This document shows positions 1 through 9,600 of a stretch of DNA of 64,000 nt, in pieces. The notes below the pieces were generated by a model, which was not told the origin of the DNA, searched no databases, and saw nothing but the letters and a program-made list of their open reading frames with translations. The DNA comes from Gemmatimonadales bacterium (GTDB lineage Bacteria > Gemmatimonadota > Gemmatimonadetes > Gemmatimonadales > GWC2-71-9), in assembly GCA_035519195.1 (NCBI GenBank), contig DATIWU010000062.1:757-64756 (forward strand), in the 5' to 3' direction. Numbering within the stretch: position 1 is the first letter of the stretch; each line of letters opens with the position of its first letter. A program made the position numbers and the translations under genes.

Positions 1-786
1 AATCACTCGAAGCTGCCGCAATACGTGCTGCCGCTGTGCCCGGCGATTGCGCTCGGGGCCGCGCGCGTGCTGTCGCAAGCGCCGCGAGCGGCGGCGCGCA
101 CCTATGCGGCGATCGCGCTCACGCTCGGCATCGTGTTGCTGACGCTCTCGGCGTGGGGGATGTCGTTACTCCACGTGACCCCGGACGAACGGGCTGCCAT
201 TCCGTTCACCGCGCTGGCGCTGGGAACGGCGCTGCTGGGCTCGGCGGCATTCGTGCTGTTCGCCGCGCGCCGCAACGCCGTGGCCCTGGCGGCCTTGGGC
301 TATGGCGGCGTGGTGATTTCATTGCCCTTCACGAGCAGCGCACTCATGCGGGCCGTGGGTGACGACCGCTCGGCGGCCCGGCTCGCCGCCGTCGTGAAAC
401 CCGCGCTCGCACGGGATTCGGTCGAGGTCCTGGGAGTCGCGGTATATCCTCCGTCGCTTCCTTTTTACCTGCGGCGCCCGGTGGCGGTCGCGACCCCGTC
501 GGCATCCGAGCTGACCAGCACCTACATCGCTCACTTTCAGGACCGCTACCGCGAAGTGGCGAACTCGCCGCTCCGCCCGGCGCAGTTCTGGCGCGAGCGG
601 CTCGCGGCCTGCGATACGCGAACCGTATTCATCATTAATGGTGATGACCGCGACGCTGCGACCGCGCTCTCGGGGCTGCCGTTTCTCGGTGCGGACCAGC
701 ACCACGCTGCCTTCGGCCCGTGTGGCTCCGGGCCCGAGGCGCGCCCCACGATCCGCACGGCGGGACGTAAAGGACTGAGCGGCTGA
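1..786 (+). CDS. C-terminal part of a membrane glycosyltransferase (GT39/PMT_2, ArnT-like); 5' end lies outside the window
   Basis: Frame 1 is open from base 1 (NHSKLPQYVLPLCPAIALGA...). Several hydrophobic segments are followed by a soluble tail. Stop TGA 784-786 abuts the asnB ATG at 787. Family call is from motif memory only. Confidence 0.45.
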   Translation, partial: NHSKLPQYVLPLCPAIALGAARVLSQAPRAAARTYAAIALTLGIVLLTLSAWGMSLLHVTPDERAAIPFTALALGTALLGSAAFVLFAARRNAVALAALGYGGVVISLPFTSSALMRAVGDDRSAARLAAVVKPALARDSVEVLGVAVYPPSLPFYLRRPVAVATPSASELTSTYIAHFQDRYREVANSPLRPAQFWRERLAACDTRTVFIINGDDRDAATALSGLPFLGADQHHAAFGPCGSGPEARPTIRTAGRKGLSG

Positions 787-2628
787 ATGTGCGGCATCTT
801 CGGCGCGGTCTCCCTCACCGGCGAGCCGCTGCGCCATCCGGAATGCGTCGCGGCCATGGCCCGCTCGCTGGCGCATCGCGGACCGGACGGCGAGCAGATC
901 GTGGGGAACGAGCGCGCCCGGATCGGCGCGCGCCGGCTCGCCATCATGGATCTCACCACCGGCGATCAGCCGTTCCAGAGTCCCGACGGCTGCATCTGGA
1001 TGGTATGCAACGGCGAGATCTACAACGCGCACGAGCTGCGCGCCGCGGCTCGAGCGCGCGGCTACCCGTTCCGCTCGACCGGCGACATCGAGACCATCGT
1101 TCCGCTGTATCAGCAGCTCGGCGCAGACGCCGTCAACCGGCTCGAGGGAATGTTCGCGCTCGCGGTGTGGGATGCGGGCCGCGACCTGCTCGTGCTGGCG
1201 CGCGACCGCGCCGGCGAGAAGCCAATGTTCTGGACGGAGATTCACGGCGAGCTGCGCTTTGCGTCCGAGCTGCAGGCGCTGCTCGCGTTCCCCGATCAAC
1301 CGCGCCGGCTCGACCCCGACGCCGCTGACTGCTATCTCGCGCTGGGCTACACCCCCGCACCGCGCACCCTGTTCGCCGGCATTCACAAGCTTCCGCCCGG
1401 CTACGTCCTGACCGCCGGGCGTGACGGCGTGGTGAGCCAAGCCTATTGGGATCCGGCCGTGGCTGCGGCCCAGGCTTCGCGGCTGCACAGTGCGCCGCAG
1501 CTCCGCGAAGTGCTGCTGCGAGCCATCGAGCGCGAGCTCATGTCCGATGTCCCGGTCGGCGTGTTCACGAGCGGCGGGCTCGATTCGTCGCTGCTCGCCG
1601 CGGCTGCGTCGCGCGTGATGGCCGAGGAAAAGATTCACACCTACGCCGTCAAATTCCCGGACGCGAGCTACGATGAGAGCCCGTCGGCCGCGGCCGTAAC
1701 GAAACACATCCGCACCATCCACCACGTGGTAACGGCAACGGACGCCGAGCTCGAGCGCGCGCTCGGCGTGGTGTCGAACACCCTCGCCGAGCCGGTGGGC
1801 GATCCCGCGCTGCTCCCCACCTTTCTTCTGGCCGAAGCAGCGCGCGAACACGTCAAGGTCGTGCTCTCGGGAGAGGGCGCGGACGAGCTGTTCGGTGGCT
1901 ATCCCACGTATCTCGGCCACAAGGCCGCGGGGTATTACGCGCGGCTTCCCGCGCCGGTTCGCCACTTAGTGAACCGTCTCGTGGATGCTGCGCCGGTGTC
2001 TAACGAGAAAGTCACCTTCGAGTTCATGCTGAAGCAGTTCGTCGCGACCGCCGCGGCTCCGCCCGTAGAGCGCCACCTGCGCTGGTTCGGCGCGCTCGGC
2101 CCCACCGAGCGCACCACCCATGCCATCGAGCAACTGCTCGCTCGGTTCCCCACGGGAGACCGGCTGAATCAGTTCTTGTGGCTGGACTTCATTACTTATC
2201 TGCCCGACAACCTGCTCACCAAGGTCGACCGCGGCACGATGCTCGCGTCCATCGAAGCACGGGCTCCCTACCTCGATCGTGAGCTGCTCGAGCTCGTGCT
2301 CCCAGCCCCCTCCGCGCTCAAGGTGCGAGGCACGACGGGGAAAGCCATCTTACGAGAGGCGGCCCGAGGACTCGTTCCCGATTACGTGATCGGCCGGCGC
2401 AAGCGCGGGCTGTCCGTTCCGGTGGCGCGCTGGCTCAACACCAGTCTCGCGCCGCTGGTGGATCGCGTGCTGGCGCGGCCGCGCATCGCGCCACGCGACA
2501 CGACGGCCCGCCTGCTGCATGAGCATCGCACCGCTCGAGCCAATCACGCCCGGAAGCTGTGGCCGCTCCTCATGGTGGAGTTGTGGGCCGAGCGCTGGAA
2601 CGTCGCTACGGAGCGCCGGATCGCATGA
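787..2628 (+). CDS. asnB: asparagine synthase (glutamine-hydrolysing)
   Basis: N-terminal MCGI nucleophile (MCGIFGAV...), the SGGLDSS PP-loop motif, and a 613 aa length typical of AsnB. Confidence 0.9.
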   Translation: MCGIFGAVSLTGEPLRHPECVAAMARSLAHRGPDGEQIVGNERARIGARRLAIMDLTTGDQPFQSPDGCIWMVCNGEIYNAHELRAAARARGYPFRSTGDIETIVPLYQQLGADAVNRLEGMFALAVWDAGRDLLVLARDRAGEKPMFWTEIHGELRFASELQALLAFPDQPRRLDPDAADCYLALGYTPAPRTLFAGIHKLPPGYVLTAGRDGVVSQAYWDPAVAAAQASRLHSAPQLREVLLRAIERELMSDVPVGVFTSGGLDSSLLAAAASRVMAEEKIHTYAVKFPDASYDESPSAAAVTKHIRTIHHVVTATDAELERALGVVSNTLAEPVGDPALLPTFLLAEAAREHVKVVLSGEGADELFGGYPTYLGHKAAGYYARLPAPVRHLVNRLVDAAPVSNEKVTFEFMLKQFVATAAAPPVERHLRWFGALGPTERTTHAIEQLLARFPTGDRLNQFLWLDFITYLPDNLLTKVDRGTMLASIEARAPYLDRELLELVLPAPSALKVRGTTGKAILREAARGLVPDYVIGRRKRGLSVPVARWLNTSLAPLVDRVLARPRIAPRDTTARLLHEHRTARANHARKLWPLLMVELWAERWNVATERRIA

Positions 2629-3203
2629 CGAGAGATGAAGCGTTCGCGTTGATGACCGAGCACACTGCTTCCCCGGGTTTGCGACAGCACATGCTGGCCG
2701 TCGAAGCCGCGATGCGCGCCTACGCGCAACAACTCGGCGAGGACCAGGAAACCTGGGGAATCGCCGGTCTGCTGCACGACTACGATTACGAGCGCTACCC
2801 CAACGCGGCGCACTCGCCCACCGAAGAGCACCCAAGCTGGGGCGTACGCGAGCTGCGGGCGCGCGGTGTGGCCGAGCCCGTGTGCCGCGCCATCCTCGGA
2901 CACGCGAGCTACACCGGCGTGCCGCGCGACACGTCGCTGGCGCGCGCGCTGTACGCAGTCGATGAGCTGTGCGGATTTCTCGTCGCCTGCGCGCTGGTTC
3001 GTCCGTCCAAGAGCCTGGCCGATCTGGAAGTGGCGTCCGTCAAGAAGAAGCTCAAAGACAAAGCTTTCGCCCGCGGGGTGAACCGCGACGAGGTCCGGCT
3101 CGGGGCGGAAGAGCTGGGCGTGCCGCTCGACGACCACATCGCGTTCGTGATTCAGGCGCTACGCCCAGTCGAGGCGAGCCTCGGGCTCGGGGCACGGACG
3201 TAA
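2625..3203 (+). CDS. HD/HDIG-domain metal-dependent phosphohydrolase
   Basis: MTRDEAFALMTEH...LRQHMLAVE...AGLLHDYDYE (H...HD signature). ATG 2625 overlaps the asnB stop as ATGA. The listed ORF start at 2559 would overlap asnB by 70 nt. Confidence 0.75.
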   Translation: MTRDEAFALMTEHTASPGLRQHMLAVEAAMRAYAQQLGEDQETWGIAGLLHDYDYERYPNAAHSPTEEHPSWGVRELRARGVAEPVCRAILGHASYTGVPRDTSLARALYAVDELCGFLVACALVRPSKSLADLEVASVKKKLKDKAFARGVNRDEVRLGAEELGVPLDDHIAFVIQALRPVEASLGLGART

Positions 3204-3206
3204 GCG

Positions 3207-4649
3207 ATGTCATCGAGCGTGCCCACGCTGCACCACAGCCGCACTGCCACACCGCTGCCGCAGCAGGATGAGCTGGCGCTCGCGATCGACCGCGCCGCCG
3301 GCGCGCGTCGCGTCGGCGGCAACCGGTTGGAGCATTTCGCCGACAGCCCCCGAGCGCTCGACGCCATGCTCGCCCTCATCACGCGCGCCGAGCGCTGGGT
3401 GCACCTCGAGAACTACATCATCCGCGGCGACCGCACCGGGCAGCGCTTCGCCGAGGCGCTCATGGAACGCGCGCAGGCCGGCGTGCGCGTCCGCGTGCTG
3501 TACGATGGCCTCGGCTCGGTCGGCACGTCGCGCGCGTTCTGGAACCGGCTCAGAAAAGCGGGCGTCGATGTACGGGCGTTCCATCCGATCTTGTCGTGGC
3601 GCGTCTCGGAGATCGTGTCTCGCGACCACCGCAAGCTCCTGGTCGTCGATGGCGCTCAGGCGACGCTCGGCGGGCTGTGCATCGGTGATGAATGGGCGGG
3701 TGATCCCGAGCGGCACCGCCGCGCCTGGCGCGATACCGTCGTCGGGATCGCCGGCCCTGCTGTGCCCGTGCTCGATGCGGCATTCGCGTCGACCTGGCGC
3801 CGCGCGGGCCCCGACCTGCCGAACGACGAGCAAAGCGCAGACCCCGAGCCATGCGGGGGCTCGAGCGTACGCATCATCCAGGGGATCCCGCGACGCGCGC
3901 GGGTGTACCGGGCGGTGGAGCTGTTGGCGGCAAGCGCCGCGGAACGGCTCTGGATCACCGACGCTTACCTGGTCGCACCCGCCCCACTCTACGCCAGCCT
4001 GATCGACGCCGCGCGGAGCGGCGTGGATGTGCGGCTGCTCGTGCCGGGTACGAGCGACCTTCCCGTGCTGCGCTATCTCACCCGCGTGGGCTATCGCGAG
4101 CTGCTGCACCGCGGGGTGCGCATCTTCGAGTTCCAGGGGCCGATGATTCACGCGAAGACGATGCTGGTGGATCACCGCTGGGCGCGGGTGGGCTCCACGA
4201 ACCTCAACGTCTCGAGCCTGCTCACGAATTTCGAGCTCGATCTCCTGGCCGAGGGCGAAGAGCTGTGCGACGCCCTGGCGTCGCAATTCCGGCGCGACCT
4301 TTCGGCCAGCCGGGAAATCGTATTACAAAGGCGGCGGCGCTTGCCGGCGCGGCTCGTGGGAGCACCGGCTGAGTCTCCTCCGGACACACCGGAACAGCCG
4401 TCCAGCCACAAGCGAACCCGCTATGAGCTTGGGGCTGTTGCGCTTGTGGTCGTGCGCCGCGTGGCCGGCGGGATCCGGCGCGGCATTGCGGCCACGGGGG
4501 CGCTGGTGTTCGCCGGGCTGGGAACGTTGCTGCTCATTTTTCCCCGGATCATGGGTATTATCTTCGCTATCTTGGCGTACGTCGTGGCCTTGGCACTCGG
4601 GTTATATGCCGTCGAGCGCAGGCGCTCCCGGGAGGACGATGGACTCTGA
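3207..4649 (+). CDS. phospholipase D / cardiolipin synthase-like protein with C-terminal TM segments
   Basis: Two HKD motifs (SRDHRKLLVVDG and IHAKTMLVDHRWARVGSTNLN). A hydrophobic C-terminal region follows (ALVFAGLGTLLLIFPRIMGIIFAILAYVVALALGLY). Confidence 0.8.
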   Translation: MSSSVPTLHHSRTATPLPQQDELALAIDRAAGARRVGGNRLEHFADSPRALDAMLALITRAERWVHLENYIIRGDRTGQRFAEALMERAQAGVRVRVLYDGLGSVGTSRAFWNRLRKAGVDVRAFHPILSWRVSEIVSRDHRKLLVVDGAQATLGGLCIGDEWAGDPERHRRAWRDTVVGIAGPAVPVLDAAFASTWRRAGPDLPNDEQSADPEPCGGSSVRIIQGIPRRARVYRAVELLAASAAERLWITDAYLVAPAPLYASLIDAARSGVDVRLLVPGTSDLPVLRYLTRVGYRELLHRGVRIFEFQGPMIHAKTMLVDHRWARVGSTNLNVSSLLTNFELDLLAEGEELCDALASQFRRDLSASREIVLQRRRRLPARLVGAPAESPPDTPEQPSSHKRTRYELGAVALVVVRRVAGGIRRGIAATGALVFAGLGTLLLIFPRIMGIIFAILAYVVALALGLYAVERRRSREDDGL

Positions 4650-5259
4650 TCACGCGGGCTCGTCTCGATCTGCACCACTGCCTGTCCAACCCCAGGACGG
4701 CGCCCCGCGTATAGAACCCCTAGAGGATGCCGAGTTGGTGTCACGGGCGCTGGCCGGTGATCGCGGCGCGTTCGGCGTGCTCGTGGATCGGTATGCTGCG
4801 TCGGTGCGCCGGGTGGCGCGCGCGGTGTTGGGAGACGCCGATGACGCCGATGATGCCGCGCAGGACGCGATGTTGGCAACGCTCCTGAAGCTCAAGCAGT
4901 ACGACCCTCGACGTCCGTTCGGTCCCTGGCTCATGCGCGTGGTGGCCAACGCTGCGCACGATCGTCGTCGCCGCCGCAAGGTGCGGCGCACAGAGTCGCT
5001 CGACACGACGGTCATTGCGGGGGGCGAGATGCCCGATGCGCTCGCGCATCGCCACGCGCTCTCGCTGAGTCTCCGGGAAGCGTTGGCGCAGCTCTCCGAG
5101 CGGCGACGGACCGCGGTCGTGTTGTTCGATGTCGAAGGCTATTCGCACGCGGAGATCGGACGCATTCTGGGAATTCCGGAAGGCACGGTGCGATCCGAAG
5201 TGTTTCACGCGCGGCGGGCGCTGCGCGGTATCTTGGCCGATTGGAAGGAGGAGGCATGA
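4639..5259 (+). CDS. ECF-type RNA polymerase sigma-70 factor
   Basis: Region 2 (GDRGAFGVLVDRYAASVRRVARAVLGD.ADDAAQDA) and region 4 (RRTAVVLFDVEGYSHAEIGRILGIPEGTVRSEVFHARRALR). ATG 4639 is preceded by GGAGGA and overlaps the PLD gene end by 11 nt. Confidence 0.85.
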   Translation: MDSDHAGSSRSAPLPVQPQDGAPRIEPLEDAELVSRALAGDRGAFGVLVDRYAASVRRVARAVLGDADDADDAAQDAMLATLLKLKQYDPRRPFGPWLMRVVANAAHDRRRRRKVRRTESLDTTVIAGGEMPDALAHRHALSLSLREALAQLSERRRTAVVLFDVEGYSHAEIGRILGIPEGTVRSEVFHARRALRGILADWKEEA

Positions 5260-5606
5260 TTCCCCCGGAGTCCACGCCGTTCGATCATCGCCCGGACCCT
5301 GTCCTTGGCGCGGCACTGCGTCAGGCGTTGGCGGTCGACGGGCACGCGGCGTTCGTCGCCCGGGTTCTCGCACGCCTCGACGAGCGCCCGATTGCCTATT
5401 GGGATATTCTCGAATCGTGGTCCCGCGCCGGCATCACCGTCGCGGCGGCCGCGCTGCTCGCGGGATTCCTGATCAGCGGCCGGCCCAACCCCACCACGCT
5501 CGAGGACGTGCTCGCGGCTGGCGCGGGCGATTCGGGACATGTGATGCTCTCCGCGGTGCGGCCTCCTGATCCGGCCGCGGTGCTGAACGTCGCCGAGGCG
5601 CGCTAG
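5256..5606 (+). CDS. small single-pass membrane protein, putative cognate anti-sigma factor
   Basis: ATGA overlap with the sigma stop. One TM segment (AGITVAAAALLAGFLISG). No zf-HC2 motif, so the role is inferred from position only. Confidence 0.4.
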   Translation: MIPPESTPFDHRPDPVLGAALRQALAVDGHAAFVARVLARLDERPIAYWDILESWSRAGITVAAAALLAGFLISGRPNPTTLEDVLAAGAGDSGHVMLSAVRPPDPAAVLNVAEAR

Positions 5607-5608
5607 CG

Positions 5609-6001
5609 TTGAATCGCCTCAGGGCCGGCGCCCTGGCGCTGCTCCTCGTGGTCTTCGCGGCGGGGATGGCCGTGGGGTGGGGTGTGCGAAACTGGAGACC
5701 CGCGGGGCCGGCGCCGCGTTATCGTGAAGCCCGCGCCATGGTCGATTTCCTCACCAAGCAATTGAGCCTCTCGCCCGCCCAGCAGGATTCGGTGCGCGGC
5801 ATTCTGCGGCGGCATCGGCCCGAGCTCGACACGCTGTGGCATCTCGTGCATCCGCGCATGGACTCGCTGCGCGCGGTCATGCACCGCGAAATCAATGCGC
5901 AGCTCACCCCCTCGCAGCAGGCACGCTACAGCGCTCTCGTGGCGCGTGTCGAGCGTCCCGCGCAGCCGGATTCCGGCAACCCGGGGCTGGAGCGGGACTA
6001 A
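5609..6001 (+). CDS. periplasmic Spy/CpxP-like (LTxxQ-repeat) protein
   Basis: Signal/TM segment (LRAGALALLLVVFAAGMAV) and two LTxxQ-like motifs (LSLSPAQQ, LTPSQQ). Apparent TTG start 2 nt after the previous stop. Confidence 0.5.
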   Translation: MNRLRAGALALLLVVFAAGMAVGWGVRNWRPAGPAPRYREARAMVDFLTKQLSLSPAQQDSVRGILRRHRPELDTLWHLVHPRMDSLRAVMHREINAQLTPSQQARYSALVARVERPAQPDSGNPGLERD

Positions 6002-6002
6002 C

Positions 6003-7295
6003 GTGCAGCGGTCGTTTGCGGCCGCGGGGTGCCTGCTCCTGTCCCTCGCGGGTCCTGCGGCAGGACAGACTCCCACCATCTCGTTTCCCGATGCCGTACG
6101 TCGCGCGCTCCTGGTACAGCCCGCGGTCGTACAGGCGGAGGGTACCCAACGCACCGCCAGTGCCGCGCAGCGGACGGCGTGGGGGTCGTTTCTGCCAACT
6201 ATCTCGGTCGGCGGAGCGGTCGTCGACAAGTCCGCCAACCAATTCAACTCCGGCACCGGGCAGATCATTCCAGGCCAGGAAGGAACGACGTTCTCGGGCA
6301 CCCTCGGTCTGACCCTGGATCTGTTCGCGGGCTTCCGGCGTACCGCCACCCTCAACGCGTCCTCCGCGACCGTGCGCGCGGCCGAGGCGGGCCTGGTGAA
6401 CGAGCGGTATCAGGTGACGGCGACCACCGCACAGCTGTACTACACGGCGCTGGCGGACGAGGACCTTGTGCGGGTGGCCCAGGCCCAGGTGGATCGCTCC
6501 CAGCTGTCGCTGCAGATCTCGCTCAACCGGTTCCAGGCCGGCGCCGCGACCCGCTCGGATACGCTCTCCGCCAAGGTCGATTACGGCAACTCCCAGCTCT
6601 CCCTGCTGCAGGCGCAGGCGACGCTCGCCACCGCGCAGGCCAACCTGGGGCGTCAGGTCGGATTCGATACTCCGGTCCGTGCGCTCCCGGATTCCGTGCT
6701 GCCCATCCTGCCCGACACGGGTCACCTGCGGCAAGAGGCGATGGATTCGTCGCCCCAGGTGCGCCAGGCGCTGGCGCAGGCGCGCGCCGCGGAATCGCAG
6801 ATCGCGGTCGCCCGGTCGCAGTATTGGCCGACGTTTTCCGCCGGGTATTCGAACGGCTACGTCGGGGCCGGCGGCGACGTATTTTCTCCGAACGTTCCGT
6901 ACGTCGGCAACTGGTCTTTCCGCCTGTCGCTCAACTGGACACTGTTCAATGGGCTGTCGCGCGAGCAGGAAATGGTGTCCGCATCGGTGCAGCGCGACAT
7001 CGCGCTGTCGGACGCTCAGGACATGCGCCGGCAGCTCAACGCGCAATTCACCCAGCAGCTCGCGGCGCTGTTCACGGGGTATACTCAGATTGAGATCAGC
7101 GGCACGAATGTCGCCGCGGCGACGGAAGGGTTGCGCGTCCAGCAGGAGCGCTATCGCGTGGGGGCTGCCACCCAGCTCGACGTGCTCACCGCCGAGACGA
7201 ATCTGACGCAAGCAGAGGTCAATCAGGTGCAGGCGCGCTACAACTATCTCGTCGCCCGCGCGCAGCTCGAGGCGCTGGTGGGTCACGCCCTGTGA
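6003..7295 (+). CDS. TolC-family outer membrane efflux protein
   Basis: GTG 6003 gives the signal peptide [22 protein letters not shown]. Duplicated coiled-coil/beta-barrel repeat pattern typical of the OEP family (...[16 protein letters not shown] at the C-terminus). Confidence 0.85.
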   Translation: MQRSFAAAGCLLLSLAGPAAGQTPTISFPDAVRRALLVQPAVVQAEGTQRTASAAQRTAWGSFLPTISVGGAVVDKSANQFNSGTGQIIPGQEGTTFSGTLGLTLDLFAGFRRTATLNASSATVRAAEAGLVNERYQVTATTAQLYYTALADEDLVRVAQAQVDRSQLSLQISLNRFQAGAATRSDTLSAKVDYGNSQLSLLQAQATLATAQANLGRQVGFDTPVRALPDSVLPILPDTGHLRQEAMDSSPQVRQALAQARAAESQIAVARSQYWPTFSAGYSNGYVGAGGDVFSPNVPYVGNWSFRLSLNWTLFNGLSREQEMVSASVQRDIALSDAQDMRRQLNAQFTQQLAALFTGYTQIEISGTNVAAATEGLRVQQERYRVGAATQLDVLTAETNLTQAEVNQVQARYNYLVARAQLEALVGHAL

Positions 7296-8035
7296 CGAGC
7301 GCCGCGACCGCCACGTTTCGCACGGGAGAAACTCCCCAGGCGGACGTCGTCATTCTCACGCACAAGCTCGCGCGCGAATACGACATGGGCGGCGAGATCG
7401 TCCGCGCGCTGCGCGGCGTGGACGTGCAAATCCGCCGCAACGAGTACGTGGCGATCATGGGGCCCTCGGGGTCGGGCAAATCGACGCTGATGAATCTGAT
7501 CGGCTGCCTCGACACACCGACCGCGGGTGAATACTGGCTGAATGGACAGAAGGTGTCGGACCTCTCGGACGACGAGCTCGCGCGCATCCGCAACAAGGAA
7601 ATCGGGTTCGTGTTCCAGACGTTCAATCTGCTGCCCCGCGCCAACGCCCTGCACAACGTCGAGCTGCCATTGATCTACGCCGGGATCGGCGCGAAGGAGC
7701 GGCGGGAGATGGCCGTCCAGGCGCTCCAGCACGTCGGCCTGGGAGACCGCATCGAGCATCGGCCCAATGAGCTGTCCGGCGGCCAGCGGCAGCGCGTGGC
7801 CATCGCGCGCGCCCTCGTGAATCGCCCGTCGATTCTCCTGGCCGACGAGCCCACCGGAAATCTCGACACCGCTACGGGCGATGAGATCATGCGTCTGTTC
7901 GAAGAGCTGCATCGGTCGGGGCAGACGATCGTCGTCGTGACGCACGAGCCCGACATCGCGGCGCGGGCCTATCGCCAAATCATGCTTCGCGACGGGCTCA
8001 TCGAGCGCGACGAGGCCACACCGCGCAAGTCATGA
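7292..8035 (+). CDS. ABC transporter ATP-binding protein (MacB/LolD type)
   Basis: Walker [10 protein letters not shown], signature [15 protein letters not shown], Walker [17 protein letters not shown] overlap with the TolC stop. Confidence 0.9.
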   Translation: MTSAATATFRTGETPQADVVILTHKLAREYDMGGEIVRALRGVDVQIRRNEYVAIMGPSGSGKSTLMNLIGCLDTPTAGEYWLNGQKVSDLSDDELARIRNKEIGFVFQTFNLLPRANALHNVELPLIYAGIGAKERREMAVQALQHVGLGDRIEHRPNELSGGQRQRVAIARALVNRPSILLADEPTGNLDTATGDEIMRLFEELHRSGQTIVVVTHEPDIAARAYRQIMLRDGLIERDEATPRKS

Positions 8036-9600
8036 GGGGGCGCGTGGCGGTCGCGACGCTGTGCGCCGGTCTCTCGAGTTGGGCGTGCAAGAAAGCCGAA
8101 ACCGCGCCACTGTACGAAAAATTCCCGGTGCAGCGCCGCAACATCGTCGTGACGGCAACCGCCGTCGGCGTCATCAAGCCGAGTCTCACATTCAGCGTCA
8201 AATCGAAAGCCTGGGGGCAGATTCTCGAGATGCCCGTGCAGACGGGTGACGAGGTCAAAAAGGGGCAGCTCCTCGCCCGGATCGATCCGCGCATCCAGCG
8301 CGATAATCTGACGACCGCCCAGGCCGCCCTGGCTCGCGCCCAGGCGCAGCTCACCAATGCCACGGCCCAGTACCAGCGCGCGACCGCGCTGTTCAAGAGC
8401 CAGTCGATTGCGGAAACCGATTTCGATGCGGCCAAGCTGGCCGCCGCGACCGCGCAGGCCGCGGTGGTCAAGGCCAGGGCAAACCTGCAGACGGCCCAGG
8501 ATGCCATGGAGGACACGCACGTCAAGGCGCCGATCACGGGCACCATCCTCCAGATCCAGGCCGTCCTGGGCACCGTGATCTCGAGCCCCACACTGGGCGG
8601 CGGCACCGTGATTCTGACGATGGCCAATCTCGATACGGTGCAGGATTCGGCGTTGGTGCTCGAAACCGATGTGGGCCGGATCGATTCCGGCATGCCGGTG
8701 ACAAGCACCGTGGATGCGTATCCCAACCGGCCGTTCGAGGGAAGCGTATACAAGATCGAGCCGCAGGCTCAGATCGTGCAAAACTCGACGATGTTTCCCG
8801 TCCTCACAAACGTTCCCAATCCGGGGCATTTGCTGCGTCCCGGCATGAACACGCGCGTCCAGGTGCATACCGGCGAGCGCACCGGCGTACTCGCGATCCC
8901 GAACGCGGCGCTCCGCACGCAGCGCGACATGGCTGCGGCGGCGACGATTCTCGGTCTCGACCCCGGGAATGTGCAGCGGCAACTGGCCGCTCCCCCTCCT
9001 TCCTCCAACGCACCGGCCCAAGTGGGCGGCGGGGATACCGCGCGAAGCTCGCAAGGCGGCGGCGCTACCGGAGGGCAGACCATCACGACACCGAGTGGCC
9101 GGACCATTACCCTGCCACCCGGCGTCAACGCCGATCAGGTGCGCGGCATCTTCGCGAAAATGGCGAACGGCGGTGACCTGAGCGCGGACGAACGAGCCCT
9201 GCTCACCCAACTGCGCGGATCACGGGCCGGGGGGGGCGGACAGGGTGGGGGTGGGGGGGGCGGCGCAGGCACGGGAGGTCGCGGTCAGAACCGTCGCGGC
9301 ATTGGCACGAGCTATGTCGTGTTCGTCGAGCGTGGCGGACAGCCCACTCCGGTCGCGATCCGCACCGGCCTCACGGACCAGGATTTCGTGGAGGTCACGA
9401 GCGGGCTGTCGGACCACGACACCGTGCTCGTGCTGCCGAGCGCGTCCCTGGTGCAGTCGCAACAGCAGTTCAAGCAACGCTTCCAGAATGTGACCGGTGG
9501 CGGTCTCCCGGGATTGCGGCAGCAGGGCGCGCAGGGTGCCGCGGGCGCACCGGGAGCCGCACCGGCGCAGGCGCCACGTCGCGCTCCGGCCGGCCCGTGA
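8032..9600 (+). CDS. periplasmic adaptor (membrane fusion protein, HlyD/MacA type), long form with Gly-rich insertion and Ala/Pro/Gly-rich tail
   Basis: Lipoyl/hairpin/barrel pattern ([19 protein letters not shown]...VKAPITGTI...). ATGA overlap with the ATPase gene. Low-complexity [20 protein letters not shown] segment. Confidence 0.85.
   Translation: MRGRVAVATLCAGLSSWACKKAETAPLYEKFPVQRRNIVVTATAVGVIKPSLTFSVKSKAWGQILEMPVQTGDEVKKGQLLARIDPRIQRDNLTTAQAALARAQAQLTNATAQYQRATALFKSQSIAETDFDAAKLAAATAQAAVVKARANLQTAQDAMEDTHVKAPITGTILQIQAVLGTVISSPTLGGGTVILTMANLDTVQDSALVLETDVGRIDSGMPVTSTVDAYPNRPFEGSVYKIEPQAQIVQNSTMFPVLTNVPNPGHLLRPGMNTRVQVHTGERTGVLAIPNAALRTQRDMAAAATILGLDPGNVQRQLAAPPPSSNAPAQVGGGDTARSSQGGGATGGQTITTPSGRTITLPPGVNADQVRGIFAKMANGGDLSADERALLTQLRGSRAGGGGQGGGGGGGAGTGGRGQNRRGIGTSYVVFVERGGQPTPVAIRTGLTDQDFVEVTSGLSDHDTVLVLPSASLVQSQQQFKQRFQNVTGGGLPGLRQQGAQGAAGAPGAAPAQAPRRAPAGP

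Noticed and set aside
319-1965. 548-aa minus-strand ORF antisense to asnB
   Set aside because: It is Arg/Gly/Ala-rich with no recognisable domain, and it lies fully inside a gene with unmistakable AsnB motifs on the other strand. This is a typical long-ORF artefact of very GC-rich DNA.
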